From an uncultured bacterium (GTDB taxonomy: Bacteria; Spirochaetota; B62-G9; DRHN01): a DNA stretch of 64,000 nucleotides. The notes under the pieces are model-generated. The model made no database searches and was not told the DNA's origin. It worked only from the letters and a program-made list of their open reading frames with translations. Location: contig CBFDDP010000003.1 of NCBI GenBank assembly GCA_965603595.1, positions 1,309-65,308 of the forward strand, given 5' to 3'. The translations under genes and the position numbers were made by a program. This document shows positions 9,382 through 19,510 of this stretch, in pieces; the stretch's first letter is position 1, and each line of letters begins with the position of its first letter.

Positions 9382-10614
9382 ATGGTACAGATCAAGATGC
9401 CTGAGGCAGGTTTCAGCATTACAGAGGGAACGGTAATCGAATGGTACAAAGAAGTTGGGGACAGCATCAAAGAGGGAGAAAACGTGGTCTGCGTGGAGAC
9501 TGATAAGCTCGCAGTTGATATCCCGGCTGAAAGGAGTGGTGTGCTCAACGAAGTGAAGTACAGGGCGGGAGAGGTGGTGACTGTTGGTGAAGTGATGGGA
9601 ATCATGCTGGAGGGCGAGGAAAAACCGCCGGAAGCGGGGGATGAGGCTTTACCGAAGGCCGAAGCAGAGATTACCGGGGAATCAGTCCAGGTGAAGGAAA
9701 AAGCTCGGATGGAGGAGGGCAGAAAGATATCGCCTGCTGCCAAGGCTGTTGCACGGTCAAAGGGGATCGACCTTTCTCAGATAGTGACCGGCAGTGGCCC
9801 GCATGGCCGTATAGTGAAGCAGGATGTGATTGATTTTATTACACGGTATGATGTGGAGCGAAAAGAGACATTAGCGGCTCCAGCGGCTACGTCGAAAACG
9901 TCTGTTATGTCGACAGCCGGCGTCAAGCCCGGACAGAGGGTCGAATTTAAGGGCTGGAGAAAGGTCATTGCGGACCGCATGCTGGCCAGCAAGACCGAGA
10001 TACCACACTACACCATGTCCGTTGAGGCGGATGTCACCGAACTTTCGCACTTCATACAGCGTATACGCGAGCTGGAGGGTCTCAGAATCACATACCTCCC
10101 GTTTATGATGAAGGCCCTTGAGCACGGGATTCAGGAAGTGCCTATCGTCAATGCACATTGCGACGGAAAGGGTTTTACCGTTCTTGAAGAAATAAACATG
10201 GGTATAGCTATAGATCTTGGCGAGAAACTTCTTGTACCTGTGATCAAGGATATACGGAGCAAGTCCGTCCTTGAGCTGGTTGATGAGCTCGGGGTCCTGA
10301 TCAAAAAGACTCGGGACGAAAGGCTCGAACCTTCAGATGTGGAGGGTGGCACCATGACTCTCACCAACGTCGGGATGTTTCAAATCCATTCGGCTACGTC
10401 GGTGATACTACAGCCGCAGGTCTCGATCATCTATATGGGCACTGCACGGGAGGCCCCGGGAGTGCGGGACGGAAGGATAGAGATTCGTAAGAAGATGATA
10501 TGTGGTTCAACATTCGACCACAGGGTGGTGAACGGGGCTTCTGGAGGGAGGTTCCTCATGAAGGTAATGGAGTATCTAGAGGATATGGGGAGATTCGTTA
10601 TGCATCTCCGTTAA
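9382..10614 (+). CDS. Dihydrolipoamide acyltransferase E2 with a lipoyl domain
   Basis: The N-terminal lipoyl motif is VETDKLAVDIPAERSG. It also has a subunit-binding domain and a catalytic DHRVVNGASGGRF motif. Confidence 0.85.
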   Translation: MVQIKMPEAGFSITEGTVIEWYKEVGDSIKEGENVVCVETDKLAVDIPAERSGVLNEVKYRAGEVVTVGEVMGIMLEGEEKPPEAGDEALPKAEAEITGESVQVKEKARMEEGRKISPAAKAVARSKGIDLSQIVTGSGPHGRIVKQDVIDFITRYDVERKETLAAPAATSKTSVMSTAGVKPGQRVEFKGWRKVIADRMLASKTEIPHYTMSVEADVTELSHFIQRIRELEGLRITYLPFMMKALEHGIQEVPIVNAHCDGKGFTVLEEINMGIAIDLGEKLLVPVIKDIRSKSVLELVDELGVLIKKTRDERLEPSDVEGGTMTLTNVGMFQIHSATSVILQPQVSIIYMGTAREAPGVRDGRIEIRKKMICGSTFDHRVVNGASGGRFLMKVMEYLEDMGRFVMHLR

Positions 10615-10701
10615 CAGGCAAAGTTCCAGGAATGCGATGAAATCCTCGCAACAGTAACATGTGGAATAAACTGAAATGAAGGCGAAGGGGAGGAAAGGTC
10701 A

Positions 10702-11679
10702 TTGAAGCTATCTGCAGAAGTACAAAAAAGAATGATGTACTGGATGGTTCTGGGCAGGAAGATCGAGGAGACAATTACGCTGCTCTTCAAGGAGGGAAGG
10801 GTGCGCGGGCATCACCATCCAGGTATAGGCGTAGAGGGAATACACGTTGGCTGCTGTTATGATCTTAATCCCGCGGAAGATTATATAGTCCCCTCCCACA
10901 GGGGGAAGCTGCCTGAGCTTATGATGGGGCTGGACCTAAAATTTTTAATGGCAGGATACTACAATAAAAAGGAAGGGCTCGGGGGAGGACGGGTTCCCAC
11001 TGGGTCGCATATGTACGGTGATATGAGCAAACACATCATTCCGGGAACCGGCATTATCGGTTCACTCATACCTGTTGCAATGGGGGCTGGCCTCGGGTTG
11101 AAGGTAAAAAAGTCGAAGGGCGTGGCCATGACCTTTTTTGGGGATGGTGCTGCAAACCGCGGCGATTTCCACGAGGCTTTGAACATGGCGGCTGCCTTGA
11201 AATTACCCGTGGTGTTCGTGCTCCAGAACAACCGGTATTCAATTTCGGTGTCCGTTAAAAAATCGACGGGTATGGACCATCTGTCCGTGCGCGCAAAAGC
11301 CTACAATATACCCGGTGTCACAGTTGAGGGACGTGACGTGCTCGCCGTGTACAGAGAGGCTCAAAAAGCGATAAAACGGGCACGCGAGGGTGAAGGACCG
11401 ACACTCCTTGAAGGGATGTGGCACCGCTGGACAGGACATTCCATCAGCGATGGAGACATATACAGAACCGACAAGGAGAGACGGGAGGGTGAGAAGCAGT
11501 GCCCCGTTGTGACGTTCAAAAAAAAGCTCAAGGATGAAGGTTTGCTGACAGAGAGGGAGTATCACGATATGGAAAATCGTGCTGCAGAGGAAATAGAGGC
11601 AGCGATTCAGTACAGTGAGAAGGAATGCACCGATCCAGATCCGGCCGATATTCTCCGGGGCGTGTATTCAAGTACCTGA
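10702..11679 (+). CDS. 2-oxoacid dehydrogenase E1 alpha subunit (thiamine diphosphate)
   Basis: GDGAANRGDFHEALNMAA...VVFVLQNNRYSIS, plus a TGHSISDGDIYR loop. TTG start with an upstream GGGGAGGAAAGG SD. Confidence 0.8.
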   Translation: MKLSAEVQKRMMYWMVLGRKIEETITLLFKEGRVRGHHHPGIGVEGIHVGCCYDLNPAEDYIVPSHRGKLPELMMGLDLKFLMAGYYNKKEGLGGGRVPTGSHMYGDMSKHIIPGTGIIGSLIPVAMGAGLGLKVKKSKGVAMTFFGDGAANRGDFHEALNMAAALKLPVVFVLQNNRYSISVSVKKSTGMDHLSVRAKAYNIPGVTVEGRDVLAVYREAQKAIKRAREGEGPTLLEGMWHRWTGHSISDGDIYRTDKERREGEKQCPVVTFKKKLKDEGLLTEREYHDMENRAAEEIEAAIQYSEKECTDPDPADILRGVYSST

Positions 11680-11710
11680 AGGCGAATTCCGGAAGGACGT
11701 TTAAAGAGGT

Positions 11711-12505
11711 ATGGAACGAGAAGTTGAATTCAACGAGTACTATGGTATCGATAAGGAGAGCCCCGTACCCTACTATCATCAGTTGAAGGAGTTTATACGC
11801 GGTCAGATTGAGTCGGGGAACTGGTCGCCTAACTGGAAGCTGCCATCTGAGACGGCGTTCTGTGAGCGATTTGATATAAGCAGGACCGTTGTGCGCCAGG
11901 CGATCAAGGAACTGCAGAATGAGGGTTACTTATCTACAGCGAAGGGGAAAGGGACCTTCATTGCAAGTATAAAGATCACTTCTGGTTTCGTCGAAAATCT
12001 AGCCGGTTTCCACGAGGTATTTCAAAAACAGGGCTATAGAGTAACGACCAGAATTCTCAAGCAGGAGATCGTGCCGGCCCCCCCTATCATAGCTAAAACA
12101 CTGCATCTGCAGATTAACGCACCCCTCATATTCCTCAGCCGTTTACGGGAGCTCAATAACGAGCCCTCTGTGTATTCAGACAACTACGTACCGGAGGACC
12201 TGTGTCCTCGTCTTATCAATGTAAATATGGAGAACAGGTCCCTCTATGCCTATCTGGAGGAAGCCTGCGGTTTCGAGATCTATAAGGGGCATCGCTACAT
12301 CGGAGTAACACCAGCAAACGAATATGAAGCTTCACTGCTTGGTATTGCCGTGGGGTCTCCACTTATTGAGGTAGAGAGTGTGACATACCAGAGGAATGGG
12401 AGACCCCTTGAGTGTTTCCATTCACTTCACCGGGGAGACAAGACGCGGTTCGAGGTGAATCTACTGAAATACGAAAGTAAAGGGCATCCTGCATCATCGC
12501 AATGA
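11711..12505 (+). CDS. GntR-family regulator, HutC subfamily (paralog of 7454-8242)
   Basis: YYHQLKEFIRGQIESGNWSPNWKLPSETAFCERFDISRTVVRQAIKELQNEGYLSTAKGKGTFIA. Nearly identical HTH to the first copy. Confidence 0.85.
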   Translation: MEREVEFNEYYGIDKESPVPYYHQLKEFIRGQIESGNWSPNWKLPSETAFCERFDISRTVVRQAIKELQNEGYLSTAKGKGTFIASIKITSGFVENLAGFHEVFQKQGYRVTTRILKQEIVPAPPIIAKTLHLQINAPLIFLSRLRELNNEPSVYSDNYVPEDLCPRLINVNMENRSLYAYLEEACGFEIYKGHRYIGVTPANEYEASLLGIAVGSPLIEVESVTYQRNGRPLECFHSLHRGDKTRFEVNLLKYESKGHPASSQ

Positions 12506-12523
12506 CATTTCATATAAAGGTGT

Positions 12524-13654
12524 ATGAGAAAAATGACAGTGGAAAAAGACACGGGCAGCAGTGGGGGTGAAGATCTTCTGGTTCTAAGGGGCGTTTTGAA
12601 GAACTATGGGAGTGTTGAGGCATTAAGGGGAATCGATCTTGCTGCAAAGAGGGGTGAATGTCTTGTGATTCTCGGCCCATCCGGTGCGGGGAAGACCACG
12701 ACATTAAAAGTCATCGCCGGCCTTGAATCGGTAAAACAGGGTAAAATTTATTTCAATAAACGCATGGTCAACAACCTTGAGCCGAAGGAACGGAACGTAG
12801 CAATGGTCTTTGAGACCTATGCGTTGTATCCCCATATCACTGTGTACGAGAACCTTGCAAGTTCTCTTCGTGCCCTGCATATGGAGGAGAAAGAGATCGA
12901 GGACAGGGTACGAAACATTGCTACTATGCTGGGTATCTATCCCTTTCTCGACCGCAGACCCGGGTTTCTCTCCGGAGGGCAGAGACAACGTGTAGCGTTG
13001 GGGAGAGCTCTCGTTAAACCGGTTGATCTCTATCTCATGGATGAACCCATTGCACATCTGGACGCGAAACTTCGGTATCAGATGATCGGTGAGTTCAAGC
13101 ATCTGCAGGAGACGCTCAAGATATCGATTATTTACGTAACCCATGACTGGCGTGAGGCGATGAGCCTGGGTAACCATATCATTGTTCTCAATAAGGGGAA
13201 GGTTGAGCAGTATGGAACCAAGAAGGAGATTTTTAGACGACCCAGCAACACCTTTGTTGCACAAATCATCGGTGATCCTCCCATGAATCTGCTGCCGGGT
13301 ACTATATCAGACGAAAAGGAACAATCCGTATTTCGGGCGGGTGATATTTCATTGCACCTTGGAAAACAGCTTCAGGAGGGAAATGCCATTCTAGGAATCA
13401 GACCTTCGAAGATCCATCTTGCCACAACAACGGGCAATAACAGGATCTCGGCAGAGGTATATTCGTCAGGGAGGCATGGTATGAACACCGTTGTCTCCAT
13501 GAAAGTCGGTGATGAAATATTCAAGACCGAATTCAGGGGCCATCAGCAGTTTGAGATCGGACAGAATATCACGGTTCAGGTCGATTTGAATGGTGCGTGC
13601 ATCTTCAATGAAAATAAAAAACTCATAAGAGTTCTCGGGGAGAAAGATGGATAA
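12524..13654 (+). CDS. Sugar ABC transporter ATP-binding protein (MalK/UgpC-like with a C-terminal TOBE domain)
   Basis: Walker A GPSGAGKTT, signature LSGGQRQRV, and a C-terminal regulatory domain. Confidence 0.85.
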   Translation: MRKMTVEKDTGSSGGEDLLVLRGVLKNYGSVEALRGIDLAAKRGECLVILGPSGAGKTTTLKVIAGLESVKQGKIYFNKRMVNNLEPKERNVAMVFETYALYPHITVYENLASSLRALHMEEKEIEDRVRNIATMLGIYPFLDRRPGFLSGGQRQRVALGRALVKPVDLYLMDEPIAHLDAKLRYQMIGEFKHLQETLKISIIYVTHDWREAMSLGNHIIVLNKGKVEQYGTKKEIFRRPSNTFVAQIIGDPPMNLLPGTISDEKEQSVFRAGDISLHLGKQLQEGNAILGIRPSKIHLATTTGNNRISAEVYSSGRHGMNTVVSMKVGDEIFKTEFRGHQQFEIGQNITVQVDLNGACIFNENKKLIRVLGEKDG

Positions 13655-14744
13655 GCTCGTACTGGAGAAGGTGTACAAAAACTACGGTGAGGTAGAAGCG
13701 GTCAAGGACCTGTGCTTTACCGTGAAGGACAGAGAGTTCCTCACCATCGTGGGTCCTTCGGGCTGTGGCAAATCTTCGACCCTCCGAATGATAGCGGGGC
13801 TTGAGGTCATTACTGCCGGAAATATCCTTCTCGACGGAGTAAAGATAAACGGTATCAGAGCCCGTGAGCGGGACATTGCGCTGGCCTTTGAAAGCTATGC
13901 ACTATACCCCCACCTCACAACATACAAGAACCTGGCCTTTCCTCTTCAGACGAAGAAGGTGAGCAAGGGTGAGATTCGAGAGAGGGTGAAGTCCATTCTA
14001 TCGCTGCTTCATCTGGGGGACTACCAAAACATGAAACCCGGTGAGCTGTCAGGTGGACAGCAGCAGCGAATATCCCTCGGTCGAGCCCTTATCAGGGGTG
14101 CCTCGGTGTATCTGCTCGACGAGCCGCTTTCGCATCTTGATGCGCAGGAAAGGGTGGATCTCAGGGTTCAGCTGCAGAGAATTCAGAAGCTCAATGAGTT
14201 GACTTTCATTCTCGTTACTCATGATCAGCTCGAGGCACTTGCCATGTCCGATCGGATACTCGTCATGAATGAGGGTCGGCTGCAGCAGATCGGTACACCG
14301 GAAGAGCTTTACGATGATCCAATAAATCTCTTTGTCGCGGATTTTATCGGTGAGCCACCCATGAACTTTGCCTACGGGACGCTCGGGAAAAACGGAACCA
14401 GTGGGATTGCCGTACAGTGTGAGGAACGAAAATTTTCTCTATCCGAGCGGCTCATGTCCGGAAAGGATCTGTCCGGCTATTTGAACGAAAAGGTGGTACT
14501 GGGCGTCAGGCCCGAGTACATCCATCTCTGCAGGAAGAAGGAAGAGGGAGCGATTGAGGGGAGAATATACTCCTATGAGGACCTCGGGGAGACCGGATTC
14601 CTCATGGTTGTCTGCGACGGTGAAAAGTTTCTCATTGAGGTTGAAAGTGGTGTGCCCTACAAGATGCATGAAGAGGTGTCCTTTCGCTTTGAGGAGGAGC
14701 GGGTCTGCATATTTGCTGAATCAAGCGGCGAGCGAGTGCTGTGA
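13647..14744 (+). CDS. Second MalK-like ABC ATP-binding protein
   Basis: GPSGCGKSS; LSGGQQQRISLGRAL. Overlaps the previous gene by 8 nt. Confidence 0.85.
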   Translation: MDKLVLEKVYKNYGEVEAVKDLCFTVKDREFLTIVGPSGCGKSSTLRMIAGLEVITAGNILLDGVKINGIRARERDIALAFESYALYPHLTTYKNLAFPLQTKKVSKGEIRERVKSILSLLHLGDYQNMKPGELSGGQQQRISLGRALIRGASVYLLDEPLSHLDAQERVDLRVQLQRIQKLNELTFILVTHDQLEALAMSDRILVMNEGRLQQIGTPEELYDDPINLFVADFIGEPPMNFAYGTLGKNGTSGIAVQCEERKFSLSERLMSGKDLSGYLNEKVVLGVRPEYIHLCRKKEEGAIEGRIYSYEDLGETGFLMVVCDGEKFLIEVESGVPYKMHEEVSFRFEEERVCIFAESSGERVL

Positions 14745-14877
14745 TGAAGACCTCCGTGAGCGCAGCCGGTATGTACGGAAAGGGGGGATGCAGTCAAAAA
14801 GAAGAAAACTGAAGGCGTAGAATGAGATGTGTTGGGCCCATGGGAATGAGAATAACCCAACATTGAAGGAGGAGGAA

Positions 14878-16380
14878 ATGAGAGTACATAGAATTGTGGT
14901 ATCAGTAGTCATTCTCTCAATTCTCATGACATTCGGCGCTCTGTGTTTTGCCGGAGGAAAAGGTGAAAAGGAGGATATGCCCGCAGAAGCGGGGGAGATG
15001 ACTGTAACCCCGGGCACAAAGATCAATGTCTTTGTTGACGGGGGCATCAACGTTTTTCCCTTTGAGCTGTTCAAGGAACAGATCAAGGAAGAGTCGGGCA
15101 TCGAGATAATTTTAAATCCCGTTGCGCAGGCCGATGTGTACACGAAGCTGAAGAATGAATTCGTGAGTGGCACGGGTGCCTTTGACCTGGTGGTCTTTTT
15201 CCCAATGCTGCTTCCTGAGTTCGTCAACATGGGAAATCTGCGGCCAATGGATGATCTTATCGGGGTGAGGGACCCGGACCTTGATGACATCATAACACCC
15301 TACCGTAAGCTCTACTGCACATACGAGGATAAGCTGTATGCCCTGCCCTATGACGGTGACCTTCATGTATACTACTACAGGAAGGACCTGTTTGAAGATA
15401 CCGATGAGCGGGCCAGCTTTAAGAAGAAGTATGGCTATGGGCTGACCGTGCCTGAAACGTGGAAGCAGGCCCGGGACGTTGCGGAGTTCTTCACCCGAAA
15501 GAAAGGTGAGAAGCTCGCGGGCGAGAGCCTTGCAAACGACTTCTATGGCAATGGCATGCTTCTCGGCAGGGGATGGTGCCATTTCGAATGGATGGATCAC
15601 TTCACTGCGTACGGTGGAATCTATTTCGATGAAAATTTGGAACCAATGATCAACAGTGATGCTGGATTGCGGGCACTCGCTGATCTGAGGGAAATGGCCA
15701 AGTTTGCACCTCCTGGTATCCTCTCTTGGGGGTACATGGAGAATAGGGGCAGTTTCCTTGGAGGGAACCTCGCTACATTCATCCTGTGGACCGATCTGTT
15801 TAAGTTCAGCTACAACCAGGAAGAGTCCGTTGTGGCTGGCAAGGTGGGGATATCTCACATTCCCGGCGCCATGGAAGGCGGGAAACTTCAGTACAAGGCT
15901 ACGATGCCCTTCGGGCGGGTACTGGCAATCACTTCTACCACAAAACATCCGGCCGAGGCCTTCTGGGTTGCATCTTTCATGAGCCAAGAGGCAAGCATCG
16001 ACTTCTGCTTTGATCCAAGAACGGGGGAGGATCCTTTTAGGTACTCTCATGTAAACGCACCTGAAAAGCTTTCACAGTATCTTGCTGACTTTTCCCAGGG
16101 TGAGGTGCCTGTGGATGACTGCAGGAATTACCTCGATGCGATACAGGCGAATCTGGAAAAAGGGTATCCCGATCTGAGCATCCCGGGTTCCAATGAATAT
16201 ATGGACATCCTTGACCTGTACATACATAAGGCCCTCTCAGGTGAAATCGGTCATAGGGAAGCACTTGATAAGGTCGCCGAAGAGTGGAACAAGATCAGTG
16301 ATTCCCTGGGATTCGACAGTCAGAAGGCAATATGGCTTTCACAACTCAAGGCGTGGAAGGACCTTGGATACATAGATTGA
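14878..16380 (+). CDS. Extracellular solute-binding protein (family-1 sugar SBP)
   Basis: Signal peptide MRVHRIVVSVVILSILMTFGALCFAGG, then a sugar-SBP-like body. SD AAGGAGGAGG lies before the ATG. Confidence 0.75.
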   Translation: MRVHRIVVSVVILSILMTFGALCFAGGKGEKEDMPAEAGEMTVTPGTKINVFVDGGINVFPFELFKEQIKEESGIEIILNPVAQADVYTKLKNEFVSGTGAFDLVVFFPMLLPEFVNMGNLRPMDDLIGVRDPDLDDIITPYRKLYCTYEDKLYALPYDGDLHVYYYRKDLFEDTDERASFKKKYGYGLTVPETWKQARDVAEFFTRKKGEKLAGESLANDFYGNGMLLGRGWCHFEWMDHFTAYGGIYFDENLEPMINSDAGLRALADLREMAKFAPPGILSWGYMENRGSFLGGNLATFILWTDLFKFSYNQEESVVAGKVGISHIPGAMEGGKLQYKATMPFGRVLAITSTTKHPAEAFWVASFMSQEASIDFCFDPRTGEDPFRYSHVNAPEKLSQYLADFSQGEVPVDDCRNYLDAIQANLEKGYPDLSIPGSNEYMDILDLYIHKALSGEIGHREALDKVAEEWNKISDSLGFDSQKAIWLSQLKAWKDLGYID

Positions 16381-16390
16381 CGTCCCGTCG

Positions 16391-17413
16391 ATGATCTGTG
16401 AATTGCTTTCAAGGGGTATCGGCCCATCAGGGCCGATACCCGCATGTAACACGCATCATGATGAAAAGATGCAAAAGAAAGGAACAAACATGAATGGTCA
16501 TCCGGCGAGTAGCACATACAAAACGATCTTCTGGGACAAGCAAACGCGTCTAGCATACGGCATGATAGCGCCTGCATTTATCATCCTCTTATTTCTAGCG
16601 ATAGGGCCGATGTTCTTCATGTTTGTGAATGCATTCAGAACCTGGAAGCTTGCGGTTCCCACCCCGCCACGATTCTGCGGATTCAAGAACTTCCTCAACC
16701 TCTTTCAGGATTCAAGGTTTGGAAATGCCTTTTCAAACACGGTCTTACTCATGGTATGTGGCATCATTATTCAGTCCGTAGTTGGACTTGGGATCGCACT
16801 CCTGTTAAAAAAACCCTTCAAGTTACGATCCGTCGCGATGGCGCTGTTACTGATTCCGGTATTGATCGCTCCTGTGGTAACCGGTCTCAACTGGAAGCTC
16901 ATTCTGAACGATGTGTTTGGTCCACTCAACTATGTCCTGGGTCAACTGGGGATGAAGGAACCCCTGTGGGTGAGCAGCAATCGTTTCTGGGGATTACTCT
17001 CAATACTTATCGTTGATACATGGCAGTGGACCCCCTTTGTGGCACTGGTGCTTCTTGCCGGCCTCGAGAGCATTCCGGAGCAGGTGTACGAGGCGGCGGA
17101 TGTGGACGGAGCCAAACCGATCATGGTATTCCTTCGTGTGACCCTTCCGCTGCTCAGGCCGATGTTCGTCCTCATCGTACTTTTAAGAACCATTTTCATC
17201 TTCAAGATATTCGACCCGGTCATGATACTGACCCAGGGGGGTCCCGGTTCTGCAACAGAAACATTGAGCCTGCTCACCTACTATACGGGTTTGAAGTATC
17301 TCGACATAGGGTATGCAATGGCAATGGGGGTTTTACAAATCATTTTTATGATTATTCTGGCGAACATTTTCCTGAGATTCACGACCAGTAGTAAGATCAG
17401 TGTACAGGGGTGA
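16391..17413 (+). CDS. ABC permease (MalF/UgpA-like)
   Basis: Multi-TM protein with an EAA-like loop. The true start may be the internal ATG at 16469. Confidence 0.8.
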   Translation: MICELLSRGIGPSGPIPACNTHHDEKMQKKGTNMNGHPASSTYKTIFWDKQTRLAYGMIAPAFIILLFLAIGPMFFMFVNAFRTWKLAVPTPPRFCGFKNFLNLFQDSRFGNAFSNTVLLMVCGIIIQSVVGLGIALLLKKPFKLRSVAMALLLIPVLIAPVVTGLNWKLILNDVFGPLNYVLGQLGMKEPLWVSSNRFWGLLSILIVDTWQWTPFVALVLLAGLESIPEQVYEAADVDGAKPIMVFLRVTLPLLRPMFVLIVLLRTIFIFKIFDPVMILTQGGPGSATETLSLLTYYTGLKYLDIGYAMAMGVLQIIFMIILANIFLRFTTSSKISVQG

Positions 17414-17419
17414 TAGGAA

Positions 17420-18274
17420 ATGAAAAGAGATCTTCTCAAAGCAGGGGAGAGAGCGGGTGCGAAAGCTGCTCTGGCAGTGATGCGGTGGATTCTCATCGTT
17501 ATCGTGCTTCTCGCATTCCTCTTTCCCGTGTACTGGATTATTAGTGGGTCCTTCAAGGAGCTTGGCGAATTCTACACCCGCCCACCATCGATGATTCCGA
17601 AACAGTTAATGTTTGAGAACTTCAAGAACGCCCTGTCGGTACGAGGAACAAAGGGACTGATTGACAGCGCTATCATCAGCATAACCGTTACCATCATCAC
17701 GATGATTATATCGGTACCGGCCAGTTATTCGATTGCGCGGTACAGGCCGGGAGGGCAGCATATTTCTTTCTTCATTCTTTCCATACTATTCCTCCCACCT
17801 GTGATCGGGGTTATCCCTCTTTTTTTTATTTTTAAAACATTAAAGCTGCTGGACACCTATTTTGTATTCTTTCTGAGCTACATGTTTTTTAATCTGCCCT
17901 TCTGTATATGGATCATGAAGGGTTTCTTCGAGGACATACCCTTCGAACTGGAACAGGCGGCGATGGTTGATGGGCACAGCAGATTCAAGGTATTCTTCAA
18001 GATCGCGATTCCCCTTGCACGGGCTGGTATTGCGGTTGCAAGCCTCTTTGCATTTATATTTGCATGGAACGAGCTCATGTTCGCCTCGATATTCGGCAGA
18101 AATAACGTGCAGACATTGCCTCTGGCCCTGCAGGATTACATCGGGAGTACGGGTGTTGCGTGGGGCGAATTGTCCGCACTCGCCACAATCGCCGCTATTC
18201 CCGGCATACTGCTTGCGGTGTTTATGCAGCGGTATATCGTGCGTGGACTCACCTTCGGTGCGGTGAAGGGATAA
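17420..18274 (+). CDS. ABC permease (MalG/UgpE-like)
   Basis: Has the EQAAMVDGHSRFKVFFKIAIPL EAA motif. Confidence 0.8.
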   Translation: MKRDLLKAGERAGAKAALAVMRWILIVIVLLAFLFPVYWIISGSFKELGEFYTRPPSMIPKQLMFENFKNALSVRGTKGLIDSAIISITVTIITMIISVPASYSIARYRPGGQHISFFILSILFLPPVIGVIPLFFIFKTLKLLDTYFVFFLSYMFFNLPFCIWIMKGFFEDIPFELEQAAMVDGHSRFKVFFKIAIPLARAGIAVASLFAFIFAWNELMFASIFGRNNVQTLPLALQDYIGSTGVAWGELSALATIAAIPGILLAVFMQRYIVRGLTFGAVKG

Positions 18275-18304
18275 ACGATATCATCGTATATTGAGAGGTG
18301 AAAG

Positions 18305-19474
18305 ATGGAGAATTTTGTCTATTACAATCCAACAAAGATAATCTTTGGAAGAGAAACTGAGATGAAGGTCGGCGATGAGACGAAGCTGTACGGTTCGAAG
18401 GTTCTGCTCCATCACTATGGGGATGAGTTTGTAAAGAAAACCGGTCTCCTTGACAGGATACTTTCGTCTCTCAAAGATGAGGGGCTTGAGGTATTTGAGC
18501 TGACCGGTGTCAAACCGAATCCCCGGGTGAGCCTCGTTCGGGAGGGTATCAGTCTGGCAAGAAAAAAGAACATCGATTTCATTCTGGCATTGGGTGGCGG
18601 GAGTGTAATCGATTCATCGAAAGCCATCGCCATCGGTGTGCCTTATAAAGGGGATGTGTGGGACTTTTTTTCAGGAGGTGCGGAAGTCAAGGAAACGCTT
18701 CCTGTGGGGGTCATTCTCACCATACCGGCTGCTGGGAGTGAATCGAGCGGCAGTGCGGTAATCACCAATGAGGACGGATGGTATAAACGTTCTATCGATG
18801 GTATCGACATCGTTCGGCCGAAATTTGCCATCATGAACCCTGAATTGACCTTTACGCTCCCCGCGTATCAAACTGCCTCCGGAGGTTGCGATATCATGTC
18901 GCATGTGATGGAGCGGTACTTCTCGGTCACACAGCATGTCGATCTGACGGATAAGCTCTGTGAAGGTATACTCAAAACGGTAATTAAAAACCTACCCATC
19001 GTATTGAAGGAACCCGAAAACTACGACGCAAAAGCAGAGATCATGTGGGCGGGATCGATTGCGCACAATGACATCGTCGGCACGGGACGAATACCGGCAT
19101 GGGCATGCCACAAGATTGAGCATGAGCTTGGTGGTATCTACGATGTTGCCCATGGAGCCGGATTAACCGCAATTACACACTCCTGGATGCGATACGTGTA
19201 CCGGGAGAGACTGGACATGTTTATCAAGTTTGCAATGAGGGTCTGGGATGTTGAATACAATTTCGATGATCCCGAAAGGACAGCCCTGGAGGGAATCAAC
19301 AGGCTCGAGGAATTTTTTCGAAAGGTGGAAATGCCTGTCACTCTTAATGAGCTGGGCGTCAAAGATGACCGCTTTGATGAGCTTGCCTCCAAATGCGTTG
19401 AGAATGGTCCGGTCGGCTGGTTTAGACCCCTCGATAAACAGGATGTGATCGAGGTGCTGCAGTTGGCGCGATAA
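18305..19474 (+). CDS. Iron-containing alcohol dehydrogenase
   Basis: GGGSVIDSSKAIA with Fe-ADH His motifs; 389 aa. Confidence 0.85.
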   Translation: MENFVYYNPTKIIFGRETEMKVGDETKLYGSKVLLHHYGDEFVKKTGLLDRILSSLKDEGLEVFELTGVKPNPRVSLVREGISLARKKNIDFILALGGGSVIDSSKAIAIGVPYKGDVWDFFSGGAEVKETLPVGVILTIPAAGSESSGSAVITNEDGWYKRSIDGIDIVRPKFAIMNPELTFTLPAYQTASGGCDIMSHVMERYFSVTQHVDLTDKLCEGILKTVIKNLPIVLKEPENYDAKAEIMWAGSIAHNDIVGTGRIPAWACHKIEHELGGIYDVAHGAGLTAITHSWMRYVYRERLDMFIKFAMRVWDVEYNFDDPERTALEGINRLEEFFRKVEMPVTLNELGVKDDRFDELASKCVENGPVGWFRPLDKQDVIEVLQLAR

Positions 19475-19510
19475 CCTATTACAGGAAACAGGTATGTGAG
19501 GTGAAAAACC

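Noticed and set aside
15112-16050. 312-aa ORF on the minus strand
   Set aside because: Lies entirely inside the well-supported plus-strand solute-binding protein gene. Its translation is low-complexity with no recognisable motifs, so it is an antisense frame artefact.
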